From NCBI GenBank assembly GCA_965213925.1, contig OZ243927.1:2912001-2976000 (forward strand): a stretch of 64,000 bases of DNA. The letters are read 5' to 3'. The DNA comes from Trueperaceae bacterium (lineage in GTDB: Bacteria > Deinococcota > Deinococci > Deinococcales > Trueperaceae). The position numbers and the translations under genes are program-made. Shown here piece after piece: positions 39,345-50,070 of this stretch. Under the pieces are notes generated by a model. It searched no databases. It was not told the DNA's origin and worked only from the letters and a program-made list of their open reading frames with translations. Numbering within the stretch: position 1 is the first letter of the stretch; the number at the start of each line of letters is the position of its first letter.

Positions 39345-40655
39345 TTAGTAATAGCCCGCATCCTGCATCGTCTGAGCGGCGGACTCCTGCGCCCGCTCTA
39401 AACCCTGTTCGACGCTCGTGTTGCCCGAGAGAATCGCGGCGACGGTCTGCGCCACGTCGTTACCGATGCCCTGGAATTCAGGAATCTGCACGAACTGGAC
39501 GCCCGGCGCAATCTGCGGCTCGGCGGTGGCGTTGGCGGGCTCGGCGCTTTGGATCGACTGTAAGACTAAAGGCGCAAAGGGCGCGGCTTCGGTGTAGCTG
39601 GAGTTCTCGTAGGTCGAGGTGCGCGTGCCTGGTGGGACAGCCGCCCAACCTCTCTCTTCAGCCACTAAGTTAATGTATTCCTGTGAGGTCGCCCAGGTCA
39701 TGAACTTGAAGGCGGCTTCTTGGGCGTCGCTCGAGGCGGGAATCCCCAAGTTCCAAGACCAGAGCCAAGCGTTGCCTGTGTCCACCGGACCCACGGGCGC
39801 TAAGGCGTAGGCGAATTGGTCGCCGATGTCCGAGCTTGCCAAGAAGCCCGCAGCCACCGTCGCGTCCACCCACATCGCCACTTGCCCGGAGGTCATGAGC
39901 TGGAGCGATTCGGTGAAGCTGATGCCCGTCACACCGGGCGCACCGCAGTCTTGCACTAAGTCGCGGTAAAAGGTCAGCGCTTCTTGCCATTCGGGGGAGT
40001 CGATTTGCGGCTCGCCCTCCTTGTTAAACCACTGTCCGCCAAAGGTGTTGACTACCGTCGTAATCGGAGCCATGTTGTCGCCCCAGCCCGGCTTACCGCG
40101 CAGCGCGATGCCGTAGACGCCATTTTGCGGGTCGTGGAGCTGACAGGCGAGGTCGCGAATCTCTTGCCAGGTCGGTTGTTCGGGCATCGTAAGCCCGGCT
40201 TCTTCGAACATCTGCTGGTTGTACATCGTGAAGCTCGACTCGGCGTAGAAGGGCAGGGCGTAGAGTTCGTCCTCGTAGGTGAGCATATCGGTCACGGCGG
40301 GCAAGAGGTCGTCGAAGTTGTAGTCTCCTGCTACGTCCGAGTACTCCTCCTCGAGCTGGTCAACCGAGACGATCCAGTCGTTCGCTGCCCAGAGCGGCAC
40401 TTCGTACGCGCCCACTGTCACGAGGTCAAACGAACCGCTGCCTGTTGCCACGTCGGTGGTGAGGCGGCTGCGGAGCGTGCCTTCGTCTAAAAAGAGCCAC
40501 TCGAGCGCAATATCCGGGTTTTGCTCCGTGAAGTTGCTGCTGAGTTCTTGCATCGTGACCATGTCGGGGTTGTTGACCGAGGCAATAGTGATGGTCGTTT
40601 GCGCCGAAGCGGTCATACCGAGCGCAAAGAGCAGGGCGAATAAGACTTTTTGCAT
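39345..40655 (-). CDS. Polyol ABC substrate-binding protein (SmoE/MtlE-like)
   Basis: TIASVNNPDM, LRGKPGWGDNMA, MWVDATVAA, WLWSWNL. Confidence 0.9.
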   Translation of the reverse strand: MQKVLFALLFALGMTASAQTTITIASVNNPDMVTMQELSSNFTEQNPDIALEWLFLDEGTLRSRLTTDVATGSGSFDLVTVGAYEVPLWAANDWIVSVDQLEEEYSDVAGDYNFDDLLPAVTDMLTYEDELYALPFYAESSFTMYNQQMFEEAGLTMPEQPTWQEIRDLACQLHDPQNGVYGIALRGKPGWGDNMAPITTVVNTFGGQWFNKEGEPQIDSPEWQEALTFYRDLVQDCGAPGVTGISFTESLQLMTSGQVAMWVDATVAAGFLASSDIGDQFAYALAPVGPVDTGNAWLWSWNLGIPASSDAQEAAFKFMTWATSQEYINLVAEERGWAAVPPGTRTSTYENSSYTEAAPFAPLVLQSIQSAEPANATAEPQIAPGVQFVQIPEFQGIGNDVAQTVAAILSGNTSVEQGLERAQESAAQTMQDAGYY

Positions 40656-40735
40656 CGAGTTCCTCCAGAATTTAGCTTGAGAGCAGGCTTACTGTTGAGG
40701 GCATTTCTTTAGCAGGACGAGCGAGAATTTGGACG

Positions 40736-41007
40736 ATGGACACGTGACCATTTTGAGCGATAGAACCTCCTCTGATAGATTTTGACCGAAGCGTGAGCGG
40801 CAAATCTCCGAACTTCACTATGCGCTCGCGAAGACGGCGGTTGTTAATTTTCTAACCCTAATGGTCTCGTGTCCATTACTATAGTACAACGTTATACTCT
40901 TTGTCAATACTAGGGGCAGACTCCATGCTTAGTGATGCGTTTCGGCGGCAAAGAAAGTCTTGCATTAGGCGTTCTACACACATTCTGCTATACTGGTCTC
41001 GTGTCCA
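40736..41007. promoter_or_regulatory. Three LacI-family operator copies
   Basis: ATGGACACGTGACCAT (40736), ATGGTCTCGTGTCCAT (40861), TGGTCTCGTGTCCA (40994, over the regulator start). Confidence 0.8.
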
Positions 41008-42023
41008 CCATCAACGATGTCGCCAAACGCGCGGGCGTCTCCCCTACTACCGCCAAACGCGCTGTAAGGACGCCGCACCTCTTGGCAGAAGGAACCTTAA
41101 GGCGCGTTCAGCAAGCTATCCGTGACCTCAACTACGAACCTGACCAGGTCGCGAGCACGCTCCGCAGTGGTCAGAGCCGCACGGTAGGTCTCATCGTCGG
41201 CAACATCGTCGAGCCCTTTTTTGCGGAGCTTATCCGTGAGGTTGCGGGCGAGTTGCAGCGGCGCGGCTACGCGCTCCTCATCGCGGACAGCGAATACCGC
41301 GCCGCGTTGGAGTTGGAGCACCTTAAAAGCATGAGCAGCTACCGCGTGAGCGGGCTCATCGTGCGTTCGGGTTATGGGAATGCGAACCTTGAATACATGC
41401 AGCGTATGCAAGCGCAAGGCGTCGCCATCGTGGAAATCGACTACTTCTATCCGGGTAGCCCCTTTAGCCACGTGATGTTAGACAGCCGCCAGAGCGTGTA
41501 TGAAGGCGTCGTTTACTTAGCGGAACTCGGGCATCGCCGCATCGCGCCATTAGGAACCTACCACGAGACGATTAACCCAGAGGAGCGTTCGCTCTGCTTT
41601 GCGGAGGCGATGAACGCCGCCGGGCTCAGTGTGCTAAGCGACTACCAAAAGGTCGTGCGCTTCACCGAAGATGAGGCGCACAAGCTCACTCACGAGTTGA
41701 TGAAATTGGCAGAGCCGCCCACCGCGCTTTTTGCGTTTACGGGCAACATGGGAATGGGCGCGTATAGGGCGCTACGCGAGCACGGTTTGCGCGTTCCCGA
41801 CGATGTCTCTTTGCTCAGTTTCGACAACTACACCTGGACGAGCCTGGTTGACCCGCCCATTGATGTGATTGAACAGCCGACGAAAGAGATGGGGCTTGCG
41901 GCGGTGGATATTCTGTTCCAGAGGATTCAGCAAAAGAGTGAACACGCTCAGCAAGAGGTGGTGAGGCGGCGCTTTCCTGGGCGGCTCATTAAGCGGTGTA
42001 GCAGTGCGCCGCCTAAGCTGTAG
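41001..42023 (+). CDS. LacI-family transcriptional regulator
   Basis: TINDVAKRAGVS HTH; LGHRRIA; VPDDVSLLSFDN; leaderless GTG 6 nt after TATACT. Confidence 0.92.
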   Translation: MSTINDVAKRAGVSPTTAKRAVRTPHLLAEGTLRRVQQAIRDLNYEPDQVASTLRSGQSRTVGLIVGNIVEPFFAELIREVAGELQRRGYALLIADSEYRAALELEHLKSMSSYRVSGLIVRSGYGNANLEYMQRMQAQGVAIVEIDYFYPGSPFSHVMLDSRQSVYEGVVYLAELGHRRIAPLGTYHETINPEERSLCFAEAMNAAGLSVLSDYQKVVRFTEDEAHKLTHELMKLAEPPTALFAFTGNMGMGAYRALREHGLRVPDDVSLLSFDNYTWTSLVDPPIDVIEQPTKEMGLAAVDILFQRIQQKSEHAQQEVVRRRFPGRLIKRCSSAPPKL

Positions 42024-42179
42024 AGGATAACGCTGAGGTTTCGCGTTCTGGTAGACAGCGCGAGTTGAGCCCCTTTCATAACAACCCTTTCGGCTCAAAA
42101 GAGACATTTTCACCTCTTAACCTCTTTGTAAACCCGACAATGGAGAGGAGGAGAAATCCGCTCTGTTGAAAGGTGCGCT

Positions 42180-43019
42180 GTGCCGTTTCTTAAAGCTCTA
42201 TTGCGAAGTCCCTTCTTCTATCTATTTTTGTTCTTTGTCCCTTTGCTTATTGCAACTGTGGTCTATGTTCCTGCAAATGAAGCGCGTATCAAGGCGGAGT
42301 TACTCGAGCCACCTTTTGACGATCCACAGTTCGAGATAGTTCGTACAAATCATCTAGGTTATGAAGGATTGAACCAATCCAAAGTGGTCAACACTGACTA
42401 TCTCGATCAGAGTTGCGAAAGACGTTTCCGAGAGAATTACAGCAGGCTTAGAAGATTCTATACTCTCTTCATTAAAGAAGAAGCGTTCTTCCTTGCGTAT
42501 TTAGAAAATCAAGAGAACAACCCTTTTTCTCGCTTGAGGTTCGCTCTAGAGCGTCTTACGAGCGACCTCGGTCTAAGCGAGAGTTCGCGGGAACAGTATG
42601 ATCAATTCAAACTGCAACAGGACAATTACAATTCGACCAAGAAAGATTTTCACAGCTACATCGTTGAAAACGATTGTCTCTCGCCAACTTATACTTTGAA
42701 TCTGTCATCGACTACAGACAACGGACTTAGTCAATCGCTTACTATCGACAACGAAAATCCTTACGGTCTACCGCCCGAGCTAGCTCAAGTTCACGAAACG
42801 CCTATCTTTCTCGACGTGTATGGCGCTCCAAATTGGTTAGAGGTTACTCCGAAACAAAAGTGGCTTCCTATTGGCGAAAGTGAAACGCTCGAGTTCACAG
42901 CCACTTGTCCTTCTTCTAATCATCCTGCTACATACGAAGGTGAAGTCGGCATCTTTCAGCCGCCCGCGTTTGTAGACATGGTGGAGGTGAGGCTCGAGTG
43001 CCCCGCCACTTCTTCATAA
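42180..43019 (+). CDS. Hypothetical membrane-anchored protein with a possible C-terminal Ig/BACON-like domain
   Basis: N-terminal TM helix; PNWLEVTP...GESETLEFTATCP; AT-rich. Confidence 0.55.
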   Translation: MPFLKALLRSPFFYLFLFFVPLLIATVVYVPANEARIKAELLEPPFDDPQFEIVRTNHLGYEGLNQSKVVNTDYLDQSCERRFRENYSRLRRFYTLFIKEEAFFLAYLENQENNPFSRLRFALERLTSDLGLSESSREQYDQFKLQQDNYNSTKKDFHSYIVENDCLSPTYTLNLSSTTDNGLSQSLTIDNENPYGLPPELAQVHETPIFLDVYGAPNWLEVTPKQKWLPIGESETLEFTATCPSSNHPATYEGEVGIFQPPAFVDMVEVRLECPATSS

Positions 43020-43153
43020 AAGGTGATTTAAGCACTTTACCCACATTTTCACAAGGTTGAACGAGGGACAATTCGCCGTGTCAACCCGCCCCAATTAACC
43101 TCCGTAGGCTGCGCTCAATCCTCTAAGCGCCAAATGTGTTCTACTCGACCATC

Positions 43154-44665
43154 ATGTCCTCTGAGTCCGACCGTCAGTCCGCCGCCGACAACCGCAAGTG
43201 GTACGTCCTCGTCGCCGCGAGCCTCGGCACGTTTTTAGGCACGGTCATGGCGACGAGCGTCAACGTGGCGCTGCCCTCGCTCGTGAGTGTGCTGGAGACG
43301 AAGTTCGCGGTGGTGCAGTGGGTGGTGCTCTCCTTCTTGCTGACTAACGCGGTGCTCTTGCCTATCGTCGGGCGCTTGGCGGACATGCTCGGCAAGAAGT
43401 CGCTCTTCATCGCGGGCTACGTGATTTTCACGCTCGGCTCGCTCCTTTGTGGGCTCTCGCAGGGCGTCTTTTGGCTGATCGGCTTCCGCGTTTTGCAGGG
43501 CGCGGGGGCGGCGCTCCTGACGGCGCTTAGCTTAGCGATCGTCACGGACGTGTTTCCCGATAGCGAGCGGGGCAAGGCGCTGGGGATCACGGGCTCGGTG
43601 CTCTCGAGCGGCATCGTCATCGGTCCGACCTTGGGCGGTTTTCTCGTGGACGCGCTCTCGTGGCACTGGGTGTTTTTCATCGGTGTGCCAATAGGCATTC
43701 TCGGCACGCTCTTAGCGCTCCGCTTCGTGCCGTCCTATGAGCCAAAGGGCGGGCAGCACTTCGACTTACCGGGGGCGGCGGTGCTCTTTGGCTGTCTTTT
43801 GACGCTTCTACTCGCGCTAACTTTGGGGCAGCAGCGCGGCTTCGGCGGCTCCTTGATCCTCGGGCTGTTTGTGGCGAGCGCCCTTTTGCTCGCTGTTTTC
43901 GTGTGGCTCGAGCTGCGCGTCGAAGACCCCGTGATCGATTTGCGTTTATTCAAAAATGCGGACCTTAGCATCGGGCTCGTGACGGGCTTCGCGACGTTCG
44001 TCGCTATCGCGGGGACGATCTTTCTGATGCCCTTTTACCTGGAGAACATCCTCGGCTACTCGCCGCGCAACGTCGGTTTGCTCATGGCCATTGTGCCCGT
44101 GGTACTCGTCTTTATCGCGCCCGTCGCGGGCAGCTTGTCGGACAGGTTCGGCGCGAGGCCGATTACGGTCATCGGGCTGGTGCTCGTCTTAGCGGGTTAC
44201 ATCGCTATCGGCGCGTTGGACGAAGAGACAACCGCGCTCAGCTACGTGCTGCTCTTTCTGCCGGTCGGCTTAGGGATGGGCGTGTTCCAGTCGCCGAATA
44301 ACAGCGCCATCATGGGCTCGGTCCCAAGGGAAAAGTCCGGCGTCGCGGGGGGGCTTTTGTCAGAGACGCGGGCGCTCGGGCAAACTAGCGGCATCGCCAT
44401 TTTGGGGACCCTGTGGGCGGCGCGCGTGGCGGCGCGCGCGCCGGGTCAGGTGGGCGGCGACGCGACCAACGCGCCCGTGAGTGCGCAGGTCGGCGGCTTA
44501 CACGACATGTTCACTTTCATCCAAATTATGATCGCGCTCGCGCTCATTCTCTGCGTGTGGGACCTCGTTCGGCGGAGGCAGCGGGAGAGCGCCCAACAAA
44601 GAGACGGTGAAGGCAAAAGCGATAAAGGTACGAGTGGCGCGGAGGTTGTCACCGCAAAAAGGTAA
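43154..44665 (+). CDS. DHA2/EmrB-family MFS efflux transporter
   Basis: ~14 TM segments; GRLADMLGKK, ERGKALG, FQSPNNSAIMG. Confidence 0.9.
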   Translation: MSSESDRQSAADNRKWYVLVAASLGTFLGTVMATSVNVALPSLVSVLETKFAVVQWVVLSFLLTNAVLLPIVGRLADMLGKKSLFIAGYVIFTLGSLLCGLSQGVFWLIGFRVLQGAGAALLTALSLAIVTDVFPDSERGKALGITGSVLSSGIVIGPTLGGFLVDALSWHWVFFIGVPIGILGTLLALRFVPSYEPKGGQHFDLPGAAVLFGCLLTLLLALTLGQQRGFGGSLILGLFVASALLLAVFVWLELRVEDPVIDLRLFKNADLSIGLVTGFATFVAIAGTIFLMPFYLENILGYSPRNVGLLMAIVPVVLVFIAPVAGSLSDRFGARPITVIGLVLVLAGYIAIGALDEETTALSYVLLFLPVGLGMGVFQSPNNSAIMGSVPREKSGVAGGLLSETRALGQTSGIAILGTLWAARVAARAPGQVGGDATNAPVSAQVGGLHDMFTFIQIMIALALILCVWDLVRRRQRESAQQRDGEGKSDKGTSGAEVVTAKR

Positions 44666-44677
44666 ACTACGCTACTT

Positions 44678-45721
44678 ATGGTCGATTTCTCTGCGTTCTC
44701 CTTACCCGTTATCTTCATCCTCTTTGCCGCAGCAGCCGTTGTCATCGCGCTCGTCGGCACGCGCCTTACCAGAGTCGCCGACCTCTTGGCGGATAAAACA
44801 GGGCTCGGCGAAGCCATCGTAGGCGCGGTCATGCTGGGCGCGGCCACCTCGCTCTCGGGCATCGTCACCTCGGTGACGGCGGCGGCGGGCGGCGCGGCGG
44901 AACTCGCCATCAGCAACGCGCTCGGCGGCGTCGCGGCGCAAACTGTGTTTCTAGCGGTAGCGGATATGAGCTACCGCAACATCAACTTGGAGCACGCCGC
45001 CGCCTCGATCGCCAACTTGATGCAAGGCACGCTTTTAGCGACGCTACTCGCCATTCCTATCATGGCGCTCGCCGGTCCTGATGTGAGCTACTTCGGCGTT
45101 CACCCCGCCTCGATCATCCTCATCCTCGCCTATGGGTTTGGTATCGGTCTCATCGCCAAAGCGGAAGAGCAACCGATGTGGGACCCCTACCGCACACCCG
45201 AGACGAAAGAAGACGACCCCGACGAATCAGAGGAGGAGGCCAAACAGGCGAGCCTCACGCGGCTTTGGATCAGCTTCTTCGTGCTGTCGCTGCTCTTAGG
45301 CATCGCGGGTTTCGTCGTCGCGAGAACAGGGGTGCAGATCGCGGAACAGACCGGCATCTCCGCGACCATCGTCGGCGGGCTGCTCACCGCCATCGCCACC
45401 TCGCTGCCCGAACTCGTCACGACGATCGCCGCCGTGCGGCGCGGCGCGCTGACCTTGGCGGTGGGCGGCGTCATTGGCGGCAACGCCTTCGACACGCTCT
45501 TCGTCGCCTTTTCGGACTTCGCCTATAGAGACGGGTCCATCTACCACGCGATCACCAACCAACAAGTTTTCATCATCGCGCTGACTATCTTGATGACGGG
45601 CATTCTCCTCTTAGGACTTTTGCGCCGCGAAAAACAGGGCATCGGCAATATCGGCTTCGAGAGTTTTCTGACGCTAGCGCTCTACTTCGGCTCGTTTGCG
45701 CTCCTTTATTTCACGGGTTAA
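44678..45721 (+). CDS. Sodium/calcium antiporter (CaCA family)
   Basis: Two alpha repeats: GAATSLSG...SNALGG and ATSLPEL...GGN. Confidence 0.85.
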   Translation: MVDFSAFSLPVIFILFAAAAVVIALVGTRLTRVADLLADKTGLGEAIVGAVMLGAATSLSGIVTSVTAAAGGAAELAISNALGGVAAQTVFLAVADMSYRNINLEHAAASIANLMQGTLLATLLAIPIMALAGPDVSYFGVHPASIILILAYGFGIGLIAKAEEQPMWDPYRTPETKEDDPDESEEEAKQASLTRLWISFFVLSLLLGIAGFVVARTGVQIAEQTGISATIVGGLLTAIATSLPELVTTIAAVRRGALTLAVGGVIGGNAFDTLFVAFSDFAYRDGSIYHAITNQQVFIIALTILMTGILLLGLLRREKQGIGNIGFESFLTLALYFGSFALLYFTG

Positions 45722-45843
45722 TACCGTTTCCGGGTAATTCCCGTAGGAAACAGTGAGCAATGAGTCTAAAGGTTTAGACTCATTGCTCGTTCCTCACTGC
45801 TATCCTCACAAGGAGACTGCACCGCCTCTCGAGCAACCTCTAG

Positions 45844-46233
45844 TTACCGCAGGATATACGCGCTCAGCACCCGGTAGACGTCGTGGACGTTCTTGTCCTT
45901 GCGAAAGGCGAACGCGGTGGGTTCGGCTTCGCCGCGAATCCAGAGTTTGACCTCCGCCTCCATGTCGAAGCGCCCTTTGCTCTCCTTGGAAAACTTCGTG
46001 ATGCTCGCGTACGGTACCGATAGAAATTCCCGCTTCTTGCCCGTCGTCCCCTGTTTGTCCACCATCACTAAGCGCCGGTTCGTGAAGACCAAGAGGTCGC
46101 GCACCAGCCTGTAGGCGTGCTCGATGCGCTCGCCCTCCACCAGGATGAGCGAGAAGTCCTTCTCCAATTTGTCCGCGTCCACCTCAGATGCGTTGCCAAG
46201 TAGTCCGCTAAAAAGTCCCACAATGCCTCCCAA
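45844..46233 (-). CDS. Bacterial PH-domain protein (YvbH-like)
   Basis: RDLLVFTNRRLVMVDKQGTTGKK...S.PY..I..FS.E..G.FD. Confidence 0.85.
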   Translation of the reverse strand: MGGIVGLFSGLLGNASEVDADKLEKDFSLILVEGERIEHAYRLVRDLLVFTNRRLVMVDKQGTTGKKREFLSVPYASITKFSKESKGRFDMEAEVKLWIRGEAEPTAFAFRKDKNVHDVYRVLSAYILR

Positions 46234-46313
46234 GCAGATATCATTTAGTCACGAACGCAGCGAGTCGAGAAACCATTGATTAGCTCGCACATTCAGGGAT
46301 GATATCTGCGTCA

Positions 46314-46715
46314 TCAGTATAACGGTAGATTGCCAGAACACAGCGGTTCAGCATCCGAGGTTTGCTTTTGGAAAGAGGTCTGGACCTCCTCGAGCACCAG
46401 CGTCAGCACGGGCAAGAGGTAGAGCGAACCTAAGGTAAAAAGGATGAGGGGGCGCGAGAAGACAGCCCCGTCGGAGAGGTGCAGCAGGTTGAGCGTATCT
46501 ACATGAGCCGAGGTGGTCACGAAGACGACGAGCGACGTAGCGCTTAGCAGAGCGAACAACCAAGCGAGGTTGAGGGCGTCGAGAATTTCAGAAAAGCGTT
46601 CCGTGTCCGAGCGGCGAAAGGAGCGCAGGGCGGCAAGTAGAGACGCGGCTAAGCTTCCGGCAAAAACGAGCGTCAGCACGTAGAGCGTGAGTGCGAGCGT
46701 GGGTTCCATCGTCAT
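46314..46715 (-). CDS. Hypothetical membrane protein
   Basis: Three hydrophobic segments; GAGGAG RBS; start approximate. Confidence 0.5.
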   Translation of the reverse strand: MTMEPTLALTLYVLTLVFAGSLAASLLAALRSFRRSDTERFSEILDALNLAWLFALLSATSLVVFVTTSAHVDTLNLLHLSDGAVFSRPLILFTLGSLYLLPVLTLVLEEVQTSFQKQTSDAEPLCSGNLPLY

Positions 46716-46761
46716 CTCCTCTGCCCCTCCCGTTGGCACAAGGATTTATATGCAGATTAAG

Positions 46762-46947
46762 TACGCTGTCAGCTAAAGAATGAGGTATGTCATTCTGAAC
46801 GTAGCGAAGCCCTTTACAGGATAGACTCCGTGAAAGAATCTCTGCATTCGCCTCCTCTTCTATGAGAGAGCGCGCGACGAGACCCCTCGACTGCGTTGCA
46901 CTCCGCTCGGGGTGACAACAGTGTCGCAGAATTTAATTGACAGCGTA
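46762..46947 (+). repeat. Repeat family A copy with terminal inverted repeats (MITE-like)
   Basis: TACGCTGTCAGCTAAA ... TTTAATTGACAGCGTA (14/16 inverted match) around the family A core. Confidence 0.7.
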
Positions 46948-47691
46948 TTAAGGCGCGTTTGGCGCAGGTTCTGGCTGCGCTTCGGAGGACTTCTCTAAGT
47001 CAACCTCTTTGGCAGCTTCAGCGTTCTGGACGGGTTGATTCGGCTCGCTCTGAAGGGGGCTCGAGGACGCTGCGTCAGAGGACGTCCCAGCAAAGGACGC
47101 CGTATCAGACGTTCTTGAGGAAAGCGCCCTAGGGTTCGCGAAGAGGTACACCCCGCCGCCGATGAGCAGAAGTGGTAGGAGCGAACCGCTGATGACGTTC
47201 GTCGTCAGGAGGGCAATCACGAGCGCGACGATCGCCGGGTAAACCGCCCACTGCTTGCCCAAGCGCAGGAGATACCCGAACGTCGCCGCGAAGCCTAAGA
47301 AGAGGAGCGGAGCCGTGCCTAAGAGGGTGCCGCCGAAGCCCACCGCGACGGCGATAGAGAAGAAAAGTCCAGCAGGCAAAACTGCCCACCACCTCCTTCT
47401 ATCGCGCCAATAGAGCGCCCCGAACCCCAAGCCGATGAGGGTCAAGACGGCGGTGCCGCTCGAGAACGCCACGAGCGCCGCCCCGAAGAGCCCCAACGCC
47501 AAGACGAGCGCCCAGACCTCGCTGGGGTCGCGCAGGTAGCGTCGGCTCAGATAGACGCCGCCCAAGATGAGCAGCAGCGACCGCACCGCCATTGAAAGTC
47601 CATTAAGGAGTCCGCCGCCCGAGAGCAGCGCCAACACGCCCAAGATGATGAGCGCCCACGCGATGGGTCGTTCTTTCCGGTTTATGTTCAT
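46948..47691 (-). CDS. Multi-pass membrane protein
   Basis: Repeated WA-x-x-P helices; GGAGG before MNINRK; similar to 50067-50663. Confidence 0.7.
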   Translation of the reverse strand: MNINRKERPIAWALIILGVLALLSGGGLLNGLSMAVRSLLLILGGVYLSRRYLRDPSEVWALVLALGLFGAALVAFSSGTAVLTLIGLGFGALYWRDRRRWWAVLPAGLFFSIAVAVGFGGTLLGTAPLLFLGFAATFGYLLRLGKQWAVYPAIVALVIALLTTNVISGSLLPLLLIGGGVYLFANPRALSSRTSDTASFAGTSSDAASSSPLQSEPNQPVQNAEAAKEVDLEKSSEAQPEPAPNAP

Positions 47692-47834
47692 GTCCAACCT
47701 CCATAAGGTGAGCTTTAGCGTAGAGCGCACGCCTCTCTAAAACATCGGCAAAAGGGTGGCGCTAGGGGTCCATCTTTTGACGGAGGACCCGCACTGCTAT
47801 GAACGGTAGAGTGAGCTAGGGGGCGCGTGACCTT

Positions 47835-48512
47835 ATGAAATGGGTGGTAGGCGTGGAAAATGCAATCTCAAACGCAGGGGCGCAGCGCGTGCGTTTACTC
47901 CTAGTCGACGACCATAAAGTCGTGCGGCAAGGACTCAAGATGGTGCTCTCGTTGGAGGCAGGTTTGGAGGTCATCGGCGAAGCCGCCAACGGTCAAGAGG
48001 CGCTCTCTCAAGTTGCCGCCTTGTCACCCCAAGTCGTGCTGATGGACTTGCTCATGCCCGTGATGGACGGCGTCAGCGCGATTCGCGTGATTAAAAAGGA
48101 CTACCCCGAAGTCGAAGTCGTCGCGCTGACGAGCGTCTTAGAAGACCGCCTCGTGATCGACGCAGTCGAGGCGGGCGCGGCGGGCTACCTGCTCAAAGAG
48201 AGCGGACCCGAGGAGCTTATCGAGGCGATTTTTGCGGCTGCCAAGGGAGAGGTCAGGCTTCACCCGAAAGCGCAGAAGCGCCTCATTCAAGAGGTGCGCA
48301 CGCCCGAGATGCGCGAGGCGCTGACCGCCCGCGAAACCGCGACGCTCCGCCTCGTCGCCAAAGGTCACGCGAACAAGGAAATTGCGGAAGAACTCGGCAT
48401 TTCGGAAGTTACCGTCAAGACCTACGTCTCGAGCATCTTGTCCAAACTGAACCTCTCGAGCCGCACCCAAGCCGCGCTGTTCGCACTTAAAGAGGGACTC
48501 GTCGGGCTCTAA
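47835..48512 (+). CDS. NarL/LuxR-family response regulator
   Basis: LLVDDH, VLMDLLMP, LTARE...NKEIA..L.ISE.TVK. Confidence 0.95.
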   Translation: MKWVVGVENAISNAGAQRVRLLLVDDHKVVRQGLKMVLSLEAGLEVIGEAANGQEALSQVAALSPQVVLMDLLMPVMDGVSAIRVIKKDYPEVEVVALTSVLEDRLVIDAVEAGAAGYLLKESGPEELIEAIFAAAKGEVRLHPKAQKRLIQEVRTPEMREALTARETATLRLVAKGHANKEIAEELGISEVTVKTYVSSILSKLNLSSRTQAALFALKEGLVGL

Positions 48513-48525
48513 GGTGACCAGGTAG

Positions 48526-50070
48526 ATGGACATCCCCTTCTGGAGCCGCCTCAGCACGCGCTTGACGCTGCTCATCTTAGCGATCGTTTTGGTACTTGCC
48601 ACGGCGACAGGTATCCTGGTGAGCCGGGGGTTTTCGCTCCTAGATTCTTCGGCGCTGACGCAGGCAGAAGCGGAGGCAACCTCCGGGCAAGCAAATCAAA
48701 CTGCGGGAACCGACAACCCAGAACTGAGCGATATCGTGCGCGGCACCGTCATCAACCTCATCGCTGTTTTTCTGCTCACTTTGGTGGGCGCGACCGTGTT
48801 CAGCCGCAGCCTCCTCACCGAGCCCATCGCCTCGCTGACCAGAGCGACGCAAGAGGTGGCGGCGGGTCACTTGGGCGTGACGCTGGACGTGAACTCGAAG
48901 GGCGAGCTTGGGCTTTTAGCGAGCACCTTTAACCAGATGTCTCTAAGCTTAGAGGCGCGCACCCAAGACCTCTTAAAAGCGAACGAGGCGCTGCGCGAGA
49001 GCGAGGCGCGGCTCGAGGGGCGCGTGACCGAGCGCACCGCCGAACTGACCTCACTGCTCGAGCTGTCCAACGCCACCGCCCTAACAACAGAAGATATGCC
49101 GCTGCTTGGGCGGATTTTCGACCGGCTTTATGAACTCGTCCCCTACCGCTCAGCCGCGCTTTTTCGGCGCATGCAGGGGGGAGTCGCGCTCGTACTTTCA
49201 AGAGGCGCAGAGGTCGAAGGGCTCGAGCTGCAAGAGGTTCTGTCGCAGAAGACCGCCCGGCACCATACGAGAGGTCAACTCACGCGGCGCACGTTGCCGC
49301 TCATCGTCCGCGACAACGCGGTGGGGGCATTGGTGCTCGAGCATACCGGCACTATCAGCGACGACAGGTTGCGCCTCATCACCGCCTTCGCCAACCAAGC
49401 GGGCGTGACGCTGGAGAACATCCGCTTGTACGAACAGGTTCAAGAACGCGCCGCGTTTGAAGAGCGGCAGCACCTAGCCCGCGAACTGCACGACTCGGTC
49501 TCGCAGGCGCTCTACAGCATCGTCCTAGGGACGCACGCCGCCCGCAAACAGCTCGCGGAACCAGAAAGGGCGGACGCGGCGCTCGAGTACGTCCAACACC
49601 TCTCCGAAGCCGCCCTAGCCGAGATGCGGGCGCTGATCTTCGAACTCCGCCCCGATATTTTGGAGCGCGAAGGCTTAGCGGCTGCGTTGCGCAAACAGGT
49701 CGAGGCTTTAGAGGTGCGCCATGACCTTCAAGCGGAGTATACCGAGGAGGGCGAGCCCGAGGTTACGTTTGCTGTGAAACAAGCGCTCTACCGCATCGCG
49801 CAAGAGGTCATTCACAACATCACAAAGCACGCGAACGCCGCTCATGTGCATGTCAGCCTCTTACAGACGGACAAAGAGGTGAGGCTCGAGGTCTCGGATG
49901 ACGGCGTCGGCTTTGGCGTGCAGGACTTTCCGGGTCACTTGGGGCTCAAGTCCATGCGCGAGCGCAGCACCTCTTTAGGCGGGACGTTCGAGGTGGCGAG
50001 TGCGCCCGGCCGGGGGACGAGGGTCAGCGTGAAGATTCCTAAAGCGTCCCCCTTAGGCGACGCCACGTGA
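48526..50070 (+). CDS. HAMP/GAF HisKA_3 sensor histidine kinase
   Basis: ERQHLARELHDSVSQ, DDGVGF, GLKSMRER. Confidence 0.93.
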   Translation: MDIPFWSRLSTRLTLLILAIVLVLATATGILVSRGFSLLDSSALTQAEAEATSGQANQTAGTDNPELSDIVRGTVINLIAVFLLTLVGATVFSRSLLTEPIASLTRATQEVAAGHLGVTLDVNSKGELGLLASTFNQMSLSLEARTQDLLKANEALRESEARLEGRVTERTAELTSLLELSNATALTTEDMPLLGRIFDRLYELVPYRSAALFRRMQGGVALVLSRGAEVEGLELQEVLSQKTARHHTRGQLTRRTLPLIVRDNAVGALVLEHTGTISDDRLRLITAFANQAGVTLENIRLYEQVQERAAFEERQHLARELHDSVSQALYSIVLGTHAARKQLAEPERADAALEYVQHLSEAALAEMRALIFELRPDILEREGLAAALRKQVEALEVRHDLQAEYTEEGEPEVTFAVKQALYRIAQEVIHNITKHANAAHVHVSLLQTDKEVRLEVSDDGVGFGVQDFPGHLGLKSMRERSTSLGGTFEVASAPGRGTRVSVKIPKASPLGDAT

